From assembly GCA_052279835.1 (NCBI GenBank), contig CP181291.1, forward strand, positions 2,272,001 to 2,336,000: a stretch of 64,000 nucleotides of DNA, given 5' to 3'. How positions within the stretch are numbered: the first letter of the stretch is position 1; every line of letters begins with the position of its first letter. The stretch comes from Microcoleus sp. (GTDB lineage: Bacteria > Cyanobacteriota > Cyanobacteriia > Cyanobacteriales > Microcoleaceae). Below the pieces are notes generated by a model that ran no database searches, was not told the DNA's origin, and was given only the letters and a program-made list of their open reading frames with translations. Of the stretch, positions 21,602 through 32,983 are shown in pieces. Position numbers and translations under genes: made by a program.

Positions 21602-21816
21602 TTATCGGGCATAGGGCATAGGGAATTGGGAATTGGGAATTGGGAATTGGTCATCGGGCATAGTGACTATTTAACCCGACTTGATATAAGTATCCCTGAA
21701 TCTACAGGGATCTGAGTGTGGGCAAATTCCGGGCGAGTCGGAACTGAGCCTGCTGCTGCGTTATGCTGAATTTAATGGGAATTGATAGTTAGTCGATCGA
21801 CTCAGGAGAGTTCACT

Positions 21817-22287
21817 ATGACTTGGCGCGGGTCTACAACTGTTTCAGACCGGATTTTTGCTTCTTTGCCTTATTTGCTGCCGCTAGTTGACGGGCTGATG
21901 TTTGGCAGGTTTCTGTTTCAACAGTTTCCTGTTCTCCAAGTGTTGTTCATACCGCTAGCTCCCTTGATGCAAATTTATAGTTTGCCCTTCGCTAGCTTGG
22001 TGATTTTCTTTGCCCTATATTTAGGGGTGGTGAGAAACGAAAACATTAGTCACTTTATTCGCTTTAACGCGATGCAGGCGATTCTTTTAGACATTGTTTT
22101 GATGTTGTGCGGTCTGGTTTTGCCGATTTTAGCTAAGGTTCAAATCGCATTTATTGCCGAAACTCTGTATAACATGGTGTTTTTAGGAGTTTTGGCTGCA
22201 TTTGTCTATGCAGTAGTTCAGTCGGCATTGGGACGCTATGCAGAGATTCCTCCGCTTTCGGATGCAGTTTATATGCAGGTTCGTTAG
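21817..22287 (+). CDS. Tic20-family membrane protein
   Basis: DRIFASLPYLLPL and ISHFIRFNAMQAILLDI; AGGAG RBS. Confidence 0.9.
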   Translation: MTWRGSTTVSDRIFASLPYLLPLVDGLMFGRFLFQQFPVLQVLFIPLAPLMQIYSLPFASLVIFFALYLGVVRNENISHFIRFNAMQAILLDIVLMLCGLVLPILAKVQIAFIAETLYNMVFLGVLAAFVYAVVQSALGRYAEIPPLSDAVYMQVR

Positions 22288-22454
22288 TCATTAGTCATTA
22301 GTTAGCAGTCATTAGTTAGTTGTCTTTGAAGCCAATGTAGGTTGGTTAGGTTGTTGGCAATAACTAATGACTCACAATTGACGACTGACTAATAATTAAA
22401 ATCAATAATTGAACGCTGACTAACAACTAACAACTAACAACTAATGACTGATGA

Positions 22455-23228
22455 CTAATGACTAATAACTGTATTTTCCAGACTGCCAATACCTTCTATT
22501 TCAATGCGAACTCGATCGCCTATTTGCAGCGGCCCTACTCCTTCCGGCGTTCCAGTCAGAATTACATCACCAGGAAGGAGAGTCATGATTTGACTGATGT
22601 AGGAGACGATAAAGTCTGGGGAAAATACCATGCGATCGATGCGATCGGATTGTACCGGGCGATCGCTATCATTGATAAAAGTCTGCAATTGTGCAGCAGG
22701 ACTCAATTCGCGGACAATCCAAGGCCCAAGCGGGCAAAATGTATCAAAACCTTTCGCCCTCGCCCACTGATTGTCCCGCTTTTGCAAATCTCTAGCTGTG
22801 ATATCATTTGCGATCGTATAACCCCAAATTTTTCCCTGTGCTTGTTCTGGAGTGCACTGAGTACAATGTTCGCCAATTATCAGGGCTAATTCTCCCTCGT
22901 AGTCTACTCGCTGGGACTGTGCTGGATAGCGAATCGACCCACCTGTGGGAATTACAGCCGTGGGAGGCTTGAAAAACAATAGCGGTTCTTCCGGTACGGA
23001 ACCTCCCATTTCGGCCGCGTGTGCTGTATAATTTTTGCCGACAGCGATAATTTTGCTGGGAGAGCACGGGGCGAGAATTTGGTAACTATCTGGTGGGAGT
23101 TCCAAATCAGTGGGTTCTCCTTTCAACCAGGGAGGTGCATCCAGTACCTTAACGCTGCGGCTTAGTTGGAGTAAACCGTAATGGATTTGTCCTTGTGCTG
23201 TTTTAACTCGAACGTACCGTGAAGCCAT
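22455..23228 (-). CDS. Fumarylacetoacetate hydrolase family protein
   Basis: VGKNY..HAAE, DYEGEL, ANDITARD, KGFDTFCPLGP and GDVILTGTPEGVG. Confidence 0.92.
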   Translation of the reverse strand: MASRYVRVKTAQGQIHYGLLQLSRSVKVLDAPPWLKGEPTDLELPPDSYQILAPCSPSKIIAVGKNYTAHAAEMGGSVPEEPLLFFKPPTAVIPTGGSIRYPAQSQRVDYEGELALIIGEHCTQCTPEQAQGKIWGYTIANDITARDLQKRDNQWARAKGFDTFCPLGPWIVRELSPAAQLQTFINDSDRPVQSDRIDRMVFSPDFIVSYISQIMTLLPGDVILTGTPEGVGPLQIGDRVRIEIEGIGSLENTVISH

Positions 23229-23679
23229 AGGATTTTAGATTTTAGATTTTGGATTATAGATTAAAAGGATAGCGGAATAGGACTTGCAGTACGATATTCT
23301 CTCAACAATCGTCAGGGTTACTACGGGAAATCATGGTAGTAGAGCGCCCGTGTGTCAGCCCTATTTCCCCAAGAGGCGACCTGTGCCTTCATGTCATGGT
23401 TTCATGATAATTATGTTATAGCAGGGATTCAGTGTAAATACTGAGTTGAGCGTTCGCGCTTGCTAGCCCTGCGTTATTTTTACGAGAGAAAAATCAAGTT
23501 TGTGTGAAGTAATAGTAAAGAACCTGTTATTTTGGCGGTAAATTAGTATTTATATTTAGATATTTATACAAGCTTTTACTACTGCGTAATTAGTCCGATC
23601 GCACCAATGAGAGAAATTAATTGCGATCGGGGGTTTACGTGATTTCCCTAAAGGTAGTTTTGGTCTAATATTGCTAGTA

Positions 23680-23837
23680 ATACCAATTTTTTATGAGGCT
23701 GCATAGAATCTGATCCCCCCTTAGCTTGCCCCCTACTCCCCCTTAATAAGGGGGGGACAAGATTCTTCTCAAAGTCCCCCTTCTTAAGGGGGATTTAGGG
23801 GGATCGAGATCTGTGCAACGACCCATTAAATTGGTAT
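23680..23837. repeat. MITE-like element with terminal IR ATACCAATTT...AAATTGGTAT and internal CCCCCTT-N-AAGGGGG hairpins
   Basis: 10-bp terminal inverted repeats and two internal palindromes. Confidence 0.65.
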
Positions 23838-23893
23838 AAATACGCATTAGTATCAGTTCGGAATAAAAACAGAGATAGATCGAAGTTACGAAA

Positions 23894-24190
23894 TTTCAAT
23901 TTTGGAGGGTGCATGGAGATTGATATGAAAGGTTTTAGGGAAGGGCGCACTGGGGAATTTTCCAGGGGCGTAATTTGATGTGACGGGCTTTGTGTAAAGT
24001 TTTGTAACAAAAAGCTGAGTTTTTGCATAAAAGTCACGGGCTGAGACTGATAGATAGACAGAGGTTACACAGTTTCAATTTTGGAGGGTGCATGAAGATT
24101 GATATGAAAGGTTTTAGGGAAGCGCGCACTGGGGATTTTTCCAGGGGCGTAATTTGATGTGACGGGCTTTATGCAAAGTTTTGTAACAAA
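23894..24190. repeat. 118-bp direct repeat in two copies (23894-24011 and 24073-24190)
   Basis: Manual alignment gives 5 mismatches in 118 nt, period 179. Confidence 0.9.
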
Positions 24191-24236
24191 TTCGGCAAAA
24201 CTGCATAAAAATTAGGGGTTAACCCCAATAGGTATA

Positions 24237-24310
24237 GTAGGGGCCAAGCATTCGGGCGGATAACTTACCGCGAAAAACCGATGTTTTGTACCCGAATGCT
24301 TCGCCCTCCC
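24237..24310. repeat. REP-like palindrome (GTAGGG..AAGCATTCGGG...CCCGAATGCTT)
   Basis: GTAG-initiated inverted repeat. Confidence 0.6.
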
Positions 24311-24423
24311 AGGAGAAATAAAACACTCTCTAGCACTATCACAATTAGAATCAAAATTGTGAACAATCTCCTAGTTTCTCTTACTATTCCAATTCAAACT
24401 ACATAATTATCAAGGAAAGTAAT

Positions 24424-27400
24424 ATGGCAATTCTAAATCTATATCCACCTGTTGATCATAGCACCAATAAAGTCATCAAAACAGGAAATTTATCAATAGA
24501 CTCTTTATTAAAAGATCCTCCAAAATTAAACGATCCTCCAAAAAATAAAAAATGGTCAGCTAGTAATATCACTTACAGTTTTGTCAATTCTGAATCCGCA
24601 AACCTGTATGTTGAAGAAAATAATTTAGGAGATCCAGGAAAAATAACTCCTTTGTCAACCGATACTCAAAAATCTATTACTACGATTCTTACGGATATTC
24701 GTTCGTATATTTCGCTCAACTTTGAGTGGAAGCCAGAAATCGTTCGTAAATACGATGATTGGGGGAACCCTATACAACCACAAACTATTGACTATGGAAC
24801 TCTGCGCTTTATGTCAAGAAGCCCTATACCAGGCTCGGAAATAGGGAGAGGAATATTTCCAGGAGAGGTCCAAGAAAGCGATCCTTACGGAAGGTTTCAC
24901 CAGAATGGTGATTTATATTTAGATACCGCGCCCACATTTTCCAAATGGTGGTATGACAGCAGTTATGGCAGCTTTAACTATCAAGTAATACTCCATGAAA
25001 TAGGTCATATTTTAGGATTAAAACATCCATTTGATGGGGATAATAAATTACCTGGTGCATTGGAAAACAACAGCAATACAGTAATGACATATAACTTTGA
25101 TTCTCCCTATAACGGGAAATATTCTGTGTCGCTGATGCCCTATGATATTCGGGCATTACAATATATGTATGGAGCACGAGCTACAAATCCAGGCAACGAT
25201 GTTTATTCATATAATAGTATACCCAAGGTAAAAAAGGCTTTATGGGATAGTAATGGAATAGATACATTAGATTTTTCTTCCCTTACATCTAATGGCAATC
25301 CACTGGTGAAAAATGTTGCATGGGTGTATAATTTTATCAATAGTAAAGATGTTATTACTGTAGACTATATTTTCAATATGAATCCTGGGGGTTTTCTGAC
25401 TGAAGCATCTGCCTATCATGGATCTGAAGATGGAGCGACATATAAGGCCTTGAGTACGGACAATAAACAATATCAAACTCATGCTTATGGTATTGCACTT
25501 GCTTATAACCCTGGTATTCCCACATTTGATGCTACTATCGAAAACCTAAGTGGCTCAAAAGGCAATGACCTTATTACTGGAAATCAAGCAGCAAATCTCA
25601 TACGTGGCAACCAAGGTCGTGATGCCATAACTGGAGGAGAAAATAACGACATTATTTATGGTGGTCAAGATGATGACAAATTGTATGGTGGCGGAGTTTT
25701 CAAGGACTTCCAACAGGGAGATAAAATTATTCAAAATTCTCCTACAACTTCTAGCACAAATTCTCTATCAAGTGCTTTCCTTAGCTCGGTTGAGGATAAC
25801 AGCCTAGATAACAACATCCCTGTTGATACTACACTCAATGACAACACTGATGATTCATTGACTATCGAATTTGATTCAAGTTTACCCGATGGTAATGATA
25901 GCCTTCATGGTGATAGTGGTAACGATCAACTAGATGGCGGTAATGGCAATGACTATCTATATGGCGATGCAGATAATGACACTCTGTTAGGTGGCATTGG
26001 TTCAGATAATCTCAATGGTGGCAATGACCAAGATCAACTTTTTGGTCAAGAGGATGCCGATATTTTGAATGGGGATGCAGGTAATGACTTCCTGTATGGT
26101 GGCAAAGACAATGACTTTCTCTCTGGTGGAGATGATGCTGACGAACTCTACGGCGAACTAGGGAATGATGTAATCAACGGAGATGCAGGAAATGACAACC
26201 TCTACGGCGCTGAAGGAACAGACCTCCTCAACGGTGGTAATGATAATGACTTCCTGAGTGGTGGCCTCGACAACGACACCCTCAATGGAGATAGTGGTAA
26301 CGACATTGCCTATGGCGAACAGGGAAACGACCTCCTCAACGGCGGCGATAACAGCGACTCCCTTAATGGCGGTGAAGGTTTTGACCTATTAAACGGAGAT
26401 TCGGGTAATGACTTCCTCTACGGAGGAAAAGATAACGACATCCTCAATGGCGGTCAAGATGCCGATGAACTATATGGTCAACAAGGAGACGACCAACTAG
26501 CAGGCAATAGCGGAAATGATACCCTCTCTGGAGGCGATGGCCAAGACTTACTCAACGGCAACGAAGACAACGACCTCCTGCAAGGCGACAGCGGTAACGA
26601 CCTCCTACACGGCGACACAGGCAACGACTCCCTAAATGGTGGCGACGGCACGGACGACCTCTACGGCGACGACGGCGAAGACCAACTCAACGGCAATGCA
26701 GGCTATGACAACCTCTACGGCGGCGAAGGTGCAGACCAACTCAACGGCAACGAAGACGACGACCTCCTAGAAGGCGGAAACGGTAATGACCTACTCAACG
26801 GTGACGCAGGTAACGATCGCCTTTTTGGTCAAATTGGCCAAGACTTACTCAACGGCGGCGACGGCACAGACCAACTCTTCGGCAACGAAGACAACGACAT
26901 CTTGAATGGCAACAACGGCGACGATTTCCTCAACGGTAACACCGGCGACGACATCCTCAACGGTAACGACGGCGCAGACCAACTCTTAGGCGAACAAGGC
27001 CAAGACCTCCTACACGGCGACGCAGGCAACGACTTTCTCAGCGGCGGTGACGACAAAGATCAACTCTACGGCGATGGCGACAACGACATCATGGCCGGCG
27101 ATAACGGTAGCGATACCCTCTACGGCGGTACTGGCAACGACCAAATGAGCGGTGGCGAAGACACAGACACCCTCTACGGCGAAGATGGCAACGACAAACT
27201 AGCAGGAGACAACGCCGAAGACCTGATCTACGGCGGCAACGGCACCGACACCCTCAGCGGCGGCAACAGCGCCGACCTCCTCTATGGCGACAACGACAAC
27301 GACTTCATGGCCGGCGATGCCGACGACGACACCCTCTACGGCGGTAGCGGTGACGACGAAATGAGCGGTGGCGATGCGATCGACCTCATTTACGGCGAAA

Positions 27401-29073
27401 CAGGCAAAGACTCCCTACACGGCGATGCAGGCGACGACAGCTTATTTGGCGGGGAAGATAACGATCGCCTTTACGGAGACAGCGGCAATGATTTTCTCGT
27501 CGGCGGCCCCGGTGCAGACTTCCAAGACGGCGGGACAGGAGACGACACCGTTTCCTACTTTGACTCAAAAGCACCCGTGTACGTCCACCTGCAACCAGGC
27601 CGAGGTGTAGGAGGCGATGCCGAAGGCGATAGAATCGAAAACTTAGAAAACCTCGAAGGTTCCGACTACAACGACACCCTCATCGGCGACAACGGCCCCA
27701 ACGTCATCAGCGGTTTAGGTGGCAACGACATCCTTGACGGCAAAGTGGGCAATGACTCCCTAATTGGCGGTGGCGGCGACGACTACATGGACGGCCGCGA
27801 AGGCAACGACTGGATGAAAGGCGGCGACGGCAAAGACACCCTTTTAGGACGTTCCGGCGACGACAACATGGACGGCGGCGGAGACGACGACATCCTCGAA
27901 GGCAGTGCCGGCAACGACACCCTAGACGGCGGTTTCGGTTTCGACCTCATCTACGGCGGTGCCGGCAATGACACCCTTTTAGGTAGCGAAGATGGTGACA
28001 CCCTCTACGGAGACAGCGGCGATGATTCCATCCTTGGCGGCAACGGCAACGACGTAATCTACGGCGAAATTGGCAACGATAACCTCTATGGTGGCGACGG
28101 TCAAGATATCTTTATGCTTTCTCCTGGTGAGGGAGTAGATATCGTCTGGGATTATGCGATGGGTGACGATACCCTTGGCGTATTAAAAGGACTGAGAAAT
28201 GATGAATTAGAGTTTACCAACGGCACCGGCGAAAATGCCAAAGATACCTTAGTCTGGCGCGGCAAAGGTAAAAATAACGAACTTCTGGCCATCCTCAAAA
28301 ACGTGCAATTCGGCACGCCAACAACGCCTGCACCTGCGATAACGCCTGCACCTGCGATAACACCTACACCTGGGAAAAAACCAACGCCATCGGTAACACC
28401 CACACCATCGGTAACACCGACACCATCGGTAACGCCCACACCATCGGTAACACCAACACCATCGGTAACACCCACACCATCGGTAACACCCACACCATCG
28501 GTAACACCCACACCTGCACCTTCCCCCGTCCCTGGTATCCTCCTAATAGGTAACTCAGGCTCCAGTTCCCTGATGGGCAATGCAGGCGATGACACCCTCA
28601 TTGGCCTATCAGGTAATGACACCCTTCTCGGTGGTGCCGGCAACGACACCCTCAACGGCGATAACGGCAATGATTACCTCGACGGTGAAGCCGGCAACGA
28701 CACCCTCACAGGTCAAAATGGTACTGATTCCCTATTCGGTGGCTTTGGTGACGACTGGCTCGATGGTGGGGCTAACAAGGACACCCTCACGGGCGGAATG
28801 GGTGACGACACCCTCACGGGCGGAAACGGCCAGGACTTATTTGTTTTTGCTTCTGGAAACGGAGTTGATACTTTACTTGACTTCACTGCCACAGGTGGCA
28901 ATAAGGATATTCTGGGCTTGACGGGGGGTTTGACATTCGCTCAGCTAACCATTGCCCCAGACTCCAATCTTGCTAATACCATCATCAAGGTAACTGCTAC
29001 CAATGAAGTCTTAGCGGTTTTAACTGGTGTCCCAGCAGCTTCCCTCAACAGTTCCCATTTCCTGGCTATCTAG
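24424..29073 (+). CDS. Large serralysin-like M10 metalloprotease with RTX Ca2+-binding repeats and a Pro/Thr linker
   Basis: [11 protein letters not shown] zinc motif, Met-turn TVMTY, dozens of GGxGxD nonapeptides, no Sec signal (type I secretion inferred). Confidence 0.92.
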   Translation: MAILNLYPPVDHSTNKVIKTGNLSIDSLLKDPPKLNDPPKNKKWSASNITYSFVNSESANLYVEENNLGDPGKITPLSTDTQKSITTILTDIRSYISLNFEWKPEIVRKYDDWGNPIQPQTIDYGTLRFMSRSPIPGSEIGRGIFPGEVQESDPYGRFHQNGDLYLDTAPTFSKWWYDSSYGSFNYQVILHEIGHILGLKHPFDGDNKLPGALENNSNTVMTYNFDSPYNGKYSVSLMPYDIRALQYMYGARATNPGNDVYSYNSIPKVKKALWDSNGIDTLDFSSLTSNGNPLVKNVAWVYNFINSKDVITVDYIFNMNPGGFLTEASAYHGSEDGATYKALSTDNKQYQTHAYGIALAYNPGIPTFDATIENLSGSKGNDLITGNQAANLIRGNQGRDAITGGENNDIIYGGQDDDKLYGGGVFKDFQQGDKIIQNSPTTSSTNSLSSAFLSSVEDNSLDNNIPVDTTLNDNTDDSLTIEFDSSLPDGNDSLHGDSGNDQLDGGNGNDYLYGDADNDTLLGGIGSDNLNGGNDQDQLFGQEDADILNGDAGNDFLYGGKDNDFLSGGDDADELYGELGNDVINGDAGNDNLYGAEGTDLLNGGNDNDFLSGGLDNDTLNGDSGNDIAYGEQGNDLLNGGDNSDSLNGGEGFDLLNGDSGNDFLYGGKDNDILNGGQDADELYGQQGDDQLAGNSGNDTLSGGDGQDLLNGNEDNDLLQGDSGNDLLHGDTGNDSLNGGDGTDDLYGDDGEDQLNGNAGYDNLYGGEGADQLNGNEDDDLLEGGNGNDLLNGDAGNDRLFGQIGQDLLNGGDGTDQLFGNEDNDILNGNNGDDFLNGNTGDDILNGNDGADQLLGEQGQDLLHGDAGNDFLSGGDDKDQLYGDGDNDIMAGDNGSDTLYGGTGNDQMSGGEDTDTLYGEDGNDKLAGDNAEDLIYGGNGTDTLSGGNSADLLYGDNDNDFMAGDADDDTLYGGSGDDEMSGGDAIDLIYGETGKDSLHGDAGDDSLFGGEDNDRLYGDSGNDFLVGGPGADFQDGGTGDDTVSYFDSKAPVYVHLQPGRGVGGDAEGDRIENLENLEGSDYNDTLIGDNGPNVISGLGGNDILDGKVGNDSLIGGGGDDYMDGREGNDWMKGGDGKDTLLGRSGDDNMDGGGDDDILEGSAGNDTLDGGFGFDLIYGGAGNDTLLGSEDGDTLYGDSGDDSILGGNGNDVIYGEIGNDNLYGGDGQDIFMLSPGEGVDIVWDYAMGDDTLGVLKGLRNDELEFTNGTGENAKDTLVWRGKGKNNELLAILKNVQFGTPTTPAPAITPAPAITPTPGKKPTPSVTPTPSVTPTPSVTPTPSVTPTPSVTPTPSVTPTPSVTPTPAPSPVPGILLIGNSGSSSLMGNAGDDTLIGLSGNDTLLGGAGNDTLNGDNGNDYLDGEAGNDTLTGQNGTDSLFGGFGDDWLDGGANKDTLTGGMGDDTLTGGNGQDLFVFASGNGVDTLLDFTATGGNKDILGLTGGLTFAQLTIAPDSNLANTIIKVTATNEVLAVLTGVPAASLNSSHFLAI
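28387..28512 (+). repeat. 7 x 18-bp coding tandem repeat (PSVTPT)
   Basis: CCATCGGTAACACCCACA units, in frame. Confidence 0.92.
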
Positions 29074-29103
29074 ACCACCGGGGCCGCGAGGCGAAATTAT
29101 CAA

Positions 29104-29147
29104 TGCGAATCGAGGTTTGAGTGCCTGTTCAAACCTCGGTTTGCGAT
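29104..29147. terminator. Hairpin after the RTX protease, between convergent genes
   Basis: GCGAATCGAGGTTTGA...TCAAACCTCGGTTTGC stem. Confidence 0.55.
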
Positions 29148-29252
29148 TTGGTTGAACTCTGTCAAACGGTTCGATTCAACTCTGGATAATAACGAGACAA
29201 ATCAATAACTGTTATAGACTTAATTGCGGAAAATTAATTTGTTTATTCCCGT

Positions 29253-29834
29253 TTAAGATTTTTGCTGTATCATTTTTAACCCATTTTCCGTACAAACTCC
29301 GTGCAGCGCTTTGTCCCAGGAGTCAACAGGAAGTTGCGCCCTCAAGGCAAATTCAAAGATAATGCCGATCGCAATTTTTGATTCCCACTCAGCTTTACTG
29401 AACATCCTGTCATAATAGCCACCACCGTAGCCCAAACGATAGCCGCGCCAATCGCAACCGACTGCTGGTACAAGGATTAAATCTACTTCTGATTGGTCTA
29501 TTTTAGGAGCATCAGGCAGTGGTTCGAGAATGCCATAAGCTCCTGTATGTAAAAGGTCTCCGGGCTGCCAGACGTGCCAGGATAGCTCTTTGCCGACACA
29601 GCGGGGAAATCCCCATTTTTTAGGAATGGTAAATAGGGGGCTTAAGTCTGGTTCTTGGCGAAAACTGAAGTAGGCGAGGATGGTTTTGGCTTGGGTGAAT
29701 AGGGATGAGGTTTGTAGGTGGTTGCAAAGGCGATCGCTCTTTTGTCTCCATTCTTGTGCTGATAGGGATTTGCGGGTTTGAAGGAGAGATTTTCTTAATT
29801 CTGTTTTAGTTAATGAAGGTTCAGAAGTATTCAT
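29253..29834 (-). CDS. 5-formyltetrahydrofolate cyclo-ligase
   Basis: YGILEP, DLILVP and GYRLGYGGGYYDR. Confidence 0.93.
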   Translation of the reverse strand: MNTSEPSLTKTELRKSLLQTRKSLSAQEWRQKSDRLCNHLQTSSLFTQAKTILAYFSFRQEPDLSPLFTIPKKWGFPRCVGKELSWHVWQPGDLLHTGAYGILEPLPDAPKIDQSEVDLILVPAVGCDWRGYRLGYGGGYYDRMFSKAEWESKIAIGIIFEFALRAQLPVDSWDKALHGVCTENGLKMIQQKS

Positions 29835-29865
29835 ATTTGCGATCGAATCTATCGTTTTAGTTCCA

Positions 29866-30007
29866 GTCCGACAGGGGTTGAAAACCCCTGTCTCATAGCG
29901 AAAGTCCTCTCAAAGAGGACTGCAATTAATTGCATTTTCGATCGCATTCTCTAGTCGGTTTTAACCGACTTTCGCTATGAGGCAGGGGTTTAAACCCCTG
30001 CCGGACT
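29866..30007. repeat. Nested palindromic MITE/REP-like element
   Basis: GTCCGACAGGGGTT..ACCCCTGTCTCATAGCGAAAGTC ... GACTTTCGCTATGAGGCAGGGGTTTAAACCCCTGCCGGAC long inverted arms. Confidence 0.75.
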
Positions 30008-30027
30008 GCCGGACTGCACCGAAAGCG

Positions 30028-31457
30028 TCAACAAACCGGATTTGATATCACATATTGTTTCACCACAGGACAAAGATTGAATAAAGTTTCATTCTCCTGT
30101 TCCCCAGTTTCCACGAGCGATCGCCTCCCCAAAGATTGCAGCCCATCGAATAACTCCGAGGGCGATAACTCAGCATCTTTTAGCAATTGCTCTATAGAAA
30201 CTGGATTCACTTCGCGGCTGAGGCTGGAGATAAGCTTTTTCTCTAATTCTGACAACCGATTTATCTGCGGGTGCAATGTTGCCACCAATTCTTCGCCTAA
30301 GAATAGCATATCATATTTCAAAAATTCTGCAACCCTACCTCGGAATATTTCTTGAATGGTAGTGGCGACTATTTTCAACCACAATGGATTGCCTTGATAG
30401 GCGTTAATTAGGTTTTCCCATGTTTCGGGATTGAGTAAACTTTTTTGTCTGAAAATTTCGGTAGCGGCTGCACCTATGCCTTTGAGTTGTAAGCTGCGAA
30501 ACTGGTGAATTTTCACCTTTTAAGGCGGTAATTTCTCTGGGTGGTTCCCAACTGTTGAGGATTAAACAACTGTTGTGGGTTGTTTCTCCGATTTGTCTGA
30601 AGAAGATGCTGTAATTTTCGCATTCTGGGCGGTAATTTCCTGCTAGTTGTCCGCTACCCAGAATGGCTTGCACGTCGTCGAGGATAATGAGGCAGCGGTT
30701 TTTTCGCAGATATTCCATTAACAGGGAAAGTCGATCGGGGATGCTGCTAGGTAAAAACCCCTCTTCGCCCCCCCTTGGCAAGGGGGGGGTTGGGGGGGTA
30801 TTGATTGGCGATAAATTGAATGAGATTTTTTAGGGTAGTTTCTAACGGTGGGGAGTGGCCCAGACTTCGCCAGATGACGCATTCAAAGTTATGTTGAATT
30901 TTTTGGATGAGGTGGAGGGAAAGTGCAGTTTTGCCAATGCCGCTGAGTCCTGATATTGCTGCGATGTTGCACTTTTCTTGGACGATGGATTTTTCCAGGG
31001 TGGCGAGTTCGGATGTGCGATCGCACAACAATGAAATGTGAGGTGCGTCTGCTAAGTCTAGTCTGGTTTGGGGTTCGGAGGTTTCTGAGGATGGGGTTGA
31101 GGGCGATCGAGCTTTTGGAACTTCTGAAGATTGGCTATCTGTACTAACATTAACGTTACAAAATACAAAATCCTTACCAAAGTTTTGTGAAACGATGAAT
31201 ACTTGTCGTCTCTCAAGTGTTGAGCGTAAATTCGATTGAGTTACTTCTTCATCTAATACATTTGATAAACGCTTCCATAATTTTGAGGCGATATTTCTGA
31301 TGTGACCTTCGCTACAATATGATGTTTCTGCGATTTGAGAGTATTTTTGACCTTCCCATACACCCACCAGGATAGCTTTTTGCAGATCGTCCAAGTGTTC
31401 TCCTGTTTTGGCGAAAACCATTTCGTCGGCAAATCTCAAGACTTCTTGAACGTCCAT
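30028..31457 (-). pseudogene. N-terminal HTH plus NB-ARC (STAND) ATPase, split over three frames
   Basis: HLDDLQKAILVGVWEGQKYSQIAE (HTH), Walker A GLSGIGKT, Walker B LIILDD and YQGNPLWL fall in successive frames. Shifts at about 30770 and 30500 may be sequencing errors. Confidence 0.8.
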
Positions 31458-31787
31458 TGGTCAGGTAGTTGTGACGGTTTTCGTTATTTTAGCATATATG
31501 TTATGACATTTTGTGATGTAGAGGGCGAAATATGACTTTTTTATGACAAAGAGGTTTTAAAAATTTCTTACATCTTCTGATATTTTATGACTTGACTTCA
31601 TTATGGGTATGATGGTAATTTTATTTAATACAATTTTAATGATTTACACGGGCTGCCACAAGATTTCGGGAATTCCAGAAAATGCTGCTGCTTTCGCAGT
31701 TTCAGTCATGTTACTTTTGAGTGGCTGGTTATTTAAAATCTTGATTTTATCTAACATATTGAAAAGCTGAATAATGTAGGAACCAAG

Positions 31788-31859
31788 ATGAAAAATGATT
31801 TGAGCTGGTTTGAAATAATCAGACTATTTTTTGAACTGCTTTTTCAGCTAGTTGACTGA
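31788..31859 (+). CDS. Putative 23-aa hydrophobic/amphipathic peptide MKNDLSWFEIIRLFFELLFQLVD
   Basis: Manual translation; AGGA 6 nt upstream of the ATG; below the ORF-track cutoff. Confidence 0.35.
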   Translation: MKNDLSWFEIIRLFFELLFQLVD

Positions 31860-31904
31860 CAGTATTAATTTATCGTAGGTATTTGACCCTAAAAGGAAAG
31901 AAGC

Positions 31905-32222
31905 ATGGATACACTGGTAGCAGCAATCGCAGAAATTTTAGATTATATTCACACCCAAGGCCCAGACGCGATCGCGCAGCTCACGGCACTACTGGAAGCT
32001 CTCAAGGTAGGAGCTGTTTATGTTGGTGCTCTGTTTGGGTTTATTGCTAACGTACCGGCGGTTATTGAAATTCTGAGCCAGTTGATAGCTTTAATCAGTT
32101 CAGGTGCGGGTGTTTCTGAAATAGCGGGGGCGATCGCCTCCTTAGCAGGCTCCCTGGGATTGTCTATTGATGCTGTCATCCATATCTTACAAATAATCGG
32201 GGCTTTTTTGCTGGCATTTTAA
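31905..32222 (+). CDS. 105-aa highly hydrophobic Ala/Ile/Leu/Gly-rich protein
   Basis: AAAGGAAAG RBS; clean ORF divergent from the NB-ARC gene. Confidence 0.75.
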   Translation: MDTLVAAIAEILDYIHTQGPDAIAQLTALLEALKVGAVYVGALFGFIANVPAVIEILSQLIALISSGAGVSEIAGAIASLAGSLGLSIDAVIHILQIIGAFLLAF

Positions 32223-32332
32223 ATATATTAAAAGCGATCGCCCTTCATTAACCGAAGAGCGATCGCCCTGACTTGAATTGAAGAGCGATCGCCCCTTTTC
32301 TCTCCCTTCAAATCGAATAACGATCGCTCTCA

Positions 32333-32569
32333 TCATTTTCTCACTTCTTGATATAAACCTTCAGAAGATTCTGCTATCTTGGGCAGATTGCCATCCTTAA
32401 TAGCTTTCACCAAATCTTGGCGGAGTGCTTCTAAAAAACCGCAATCATTGCCGATATCTGATGCTTCATCCTCATCCAAATCTTCATCATTCAGATGTTT
32501 TTGGTATGTCTCGATCCGAAACTCAATAGCTTCAATAATAAACTGTAGATCCTTAAAAGATAAAATCAT
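32333..32569 (-). CDS. 78-aa acidic helical protein resembling the Tsi2 immunity protein
   Basis: MILSFKDLQFIIEAIEFRIETYQKHLNDEDLDEDEASD...DLVKAIKDGNLP. AAAGGAAG RBS; directly downstream of the Tse2-like gene. Confidence 0.65.
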   Translation of the reverse strand: MILSFKDLQFIIEAIEFRIETYQKHLNDEDLDEDEASDIGNDCGFLEALRQDLVKAIKDGNLPKIAESSEGLYQEVRK

Positions 32570-32650
32570 GTGAACTTCCTTTTTAACTTTTCTAATTTCT
32601 TCAAAATATGCTGAACCAGCCAGCTTCAAAGCTGCCCAAGCTTGAAAACG

Positions 32651-32983
32651 TCAACTCACTTTGTTGAAAGATGCACCTATCAATCTAAGAGCCTCCTTAT
32701 ATTCGTCTATCGGCATTGTGTAACTCGGTTTCCACAGCCAATGATCGTTGTGGTCATTAACTAAATTGAGTTCGCCTGGAATGTCAGTCCCCTCATCTAA
32801 CTTCCACCAGTTTTTTCCGCTTCTTTGAGTGGCAAATGTCGAAATCCCACCTCCTAAAGTAGCCTCCACCCAAACTTGACCATTTTCTTCATAGGTAGCA
32901 ACATCTTTGTTTGGTCGGACATTATCCATTCTAGCTGAATTAGCATTGCCCTGTCGATATAGATTGAGCGGTGTTTTTGCCAT
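32651..32983 (-). CDS. Tse2-like ADP-ribosyltransferase-fold toxin
   Basis: LYRQGN, GGISTF, W..L.EGTDIPGEL.LVND..DHW.W.P...M..DEY..AL pattern of the Tse2 family. Confidence 0.7.
   Translation of the reverse strand: MAKTPLNLYRQGNANSARMDNVRPNKDVATYEENGQVWVEATLGGGISTFATQRSGKNWWKLDEGTDIPGELNLVNDHNDHWLWKPSYTMPIDEYKEALRLIGASFNKVS

Noticed and set aside
23420..23480. sRNA or riboswitch at the GCAGGG...CCCTGC hairpin
   Set aside because: The stem is real but short, with no recognisable family motif or clear promoter.
23894..24190. Repeat pair as DGR template/variable repeats
   Set aside because: Mismatches are not adenine-specific, both copies are non-coding, and there is no reverse transcriptase in the window.
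28387..28512. Regular 18-bp repeats as a CRISPR array
   Set aside because: No spacers; an in-frame Pro/Thr linker; no cas genes in the window.
28152..28670. 172-aa ORF with GVGVTD repeats
   Set aside because: Antisense shadow of the RTX linker.
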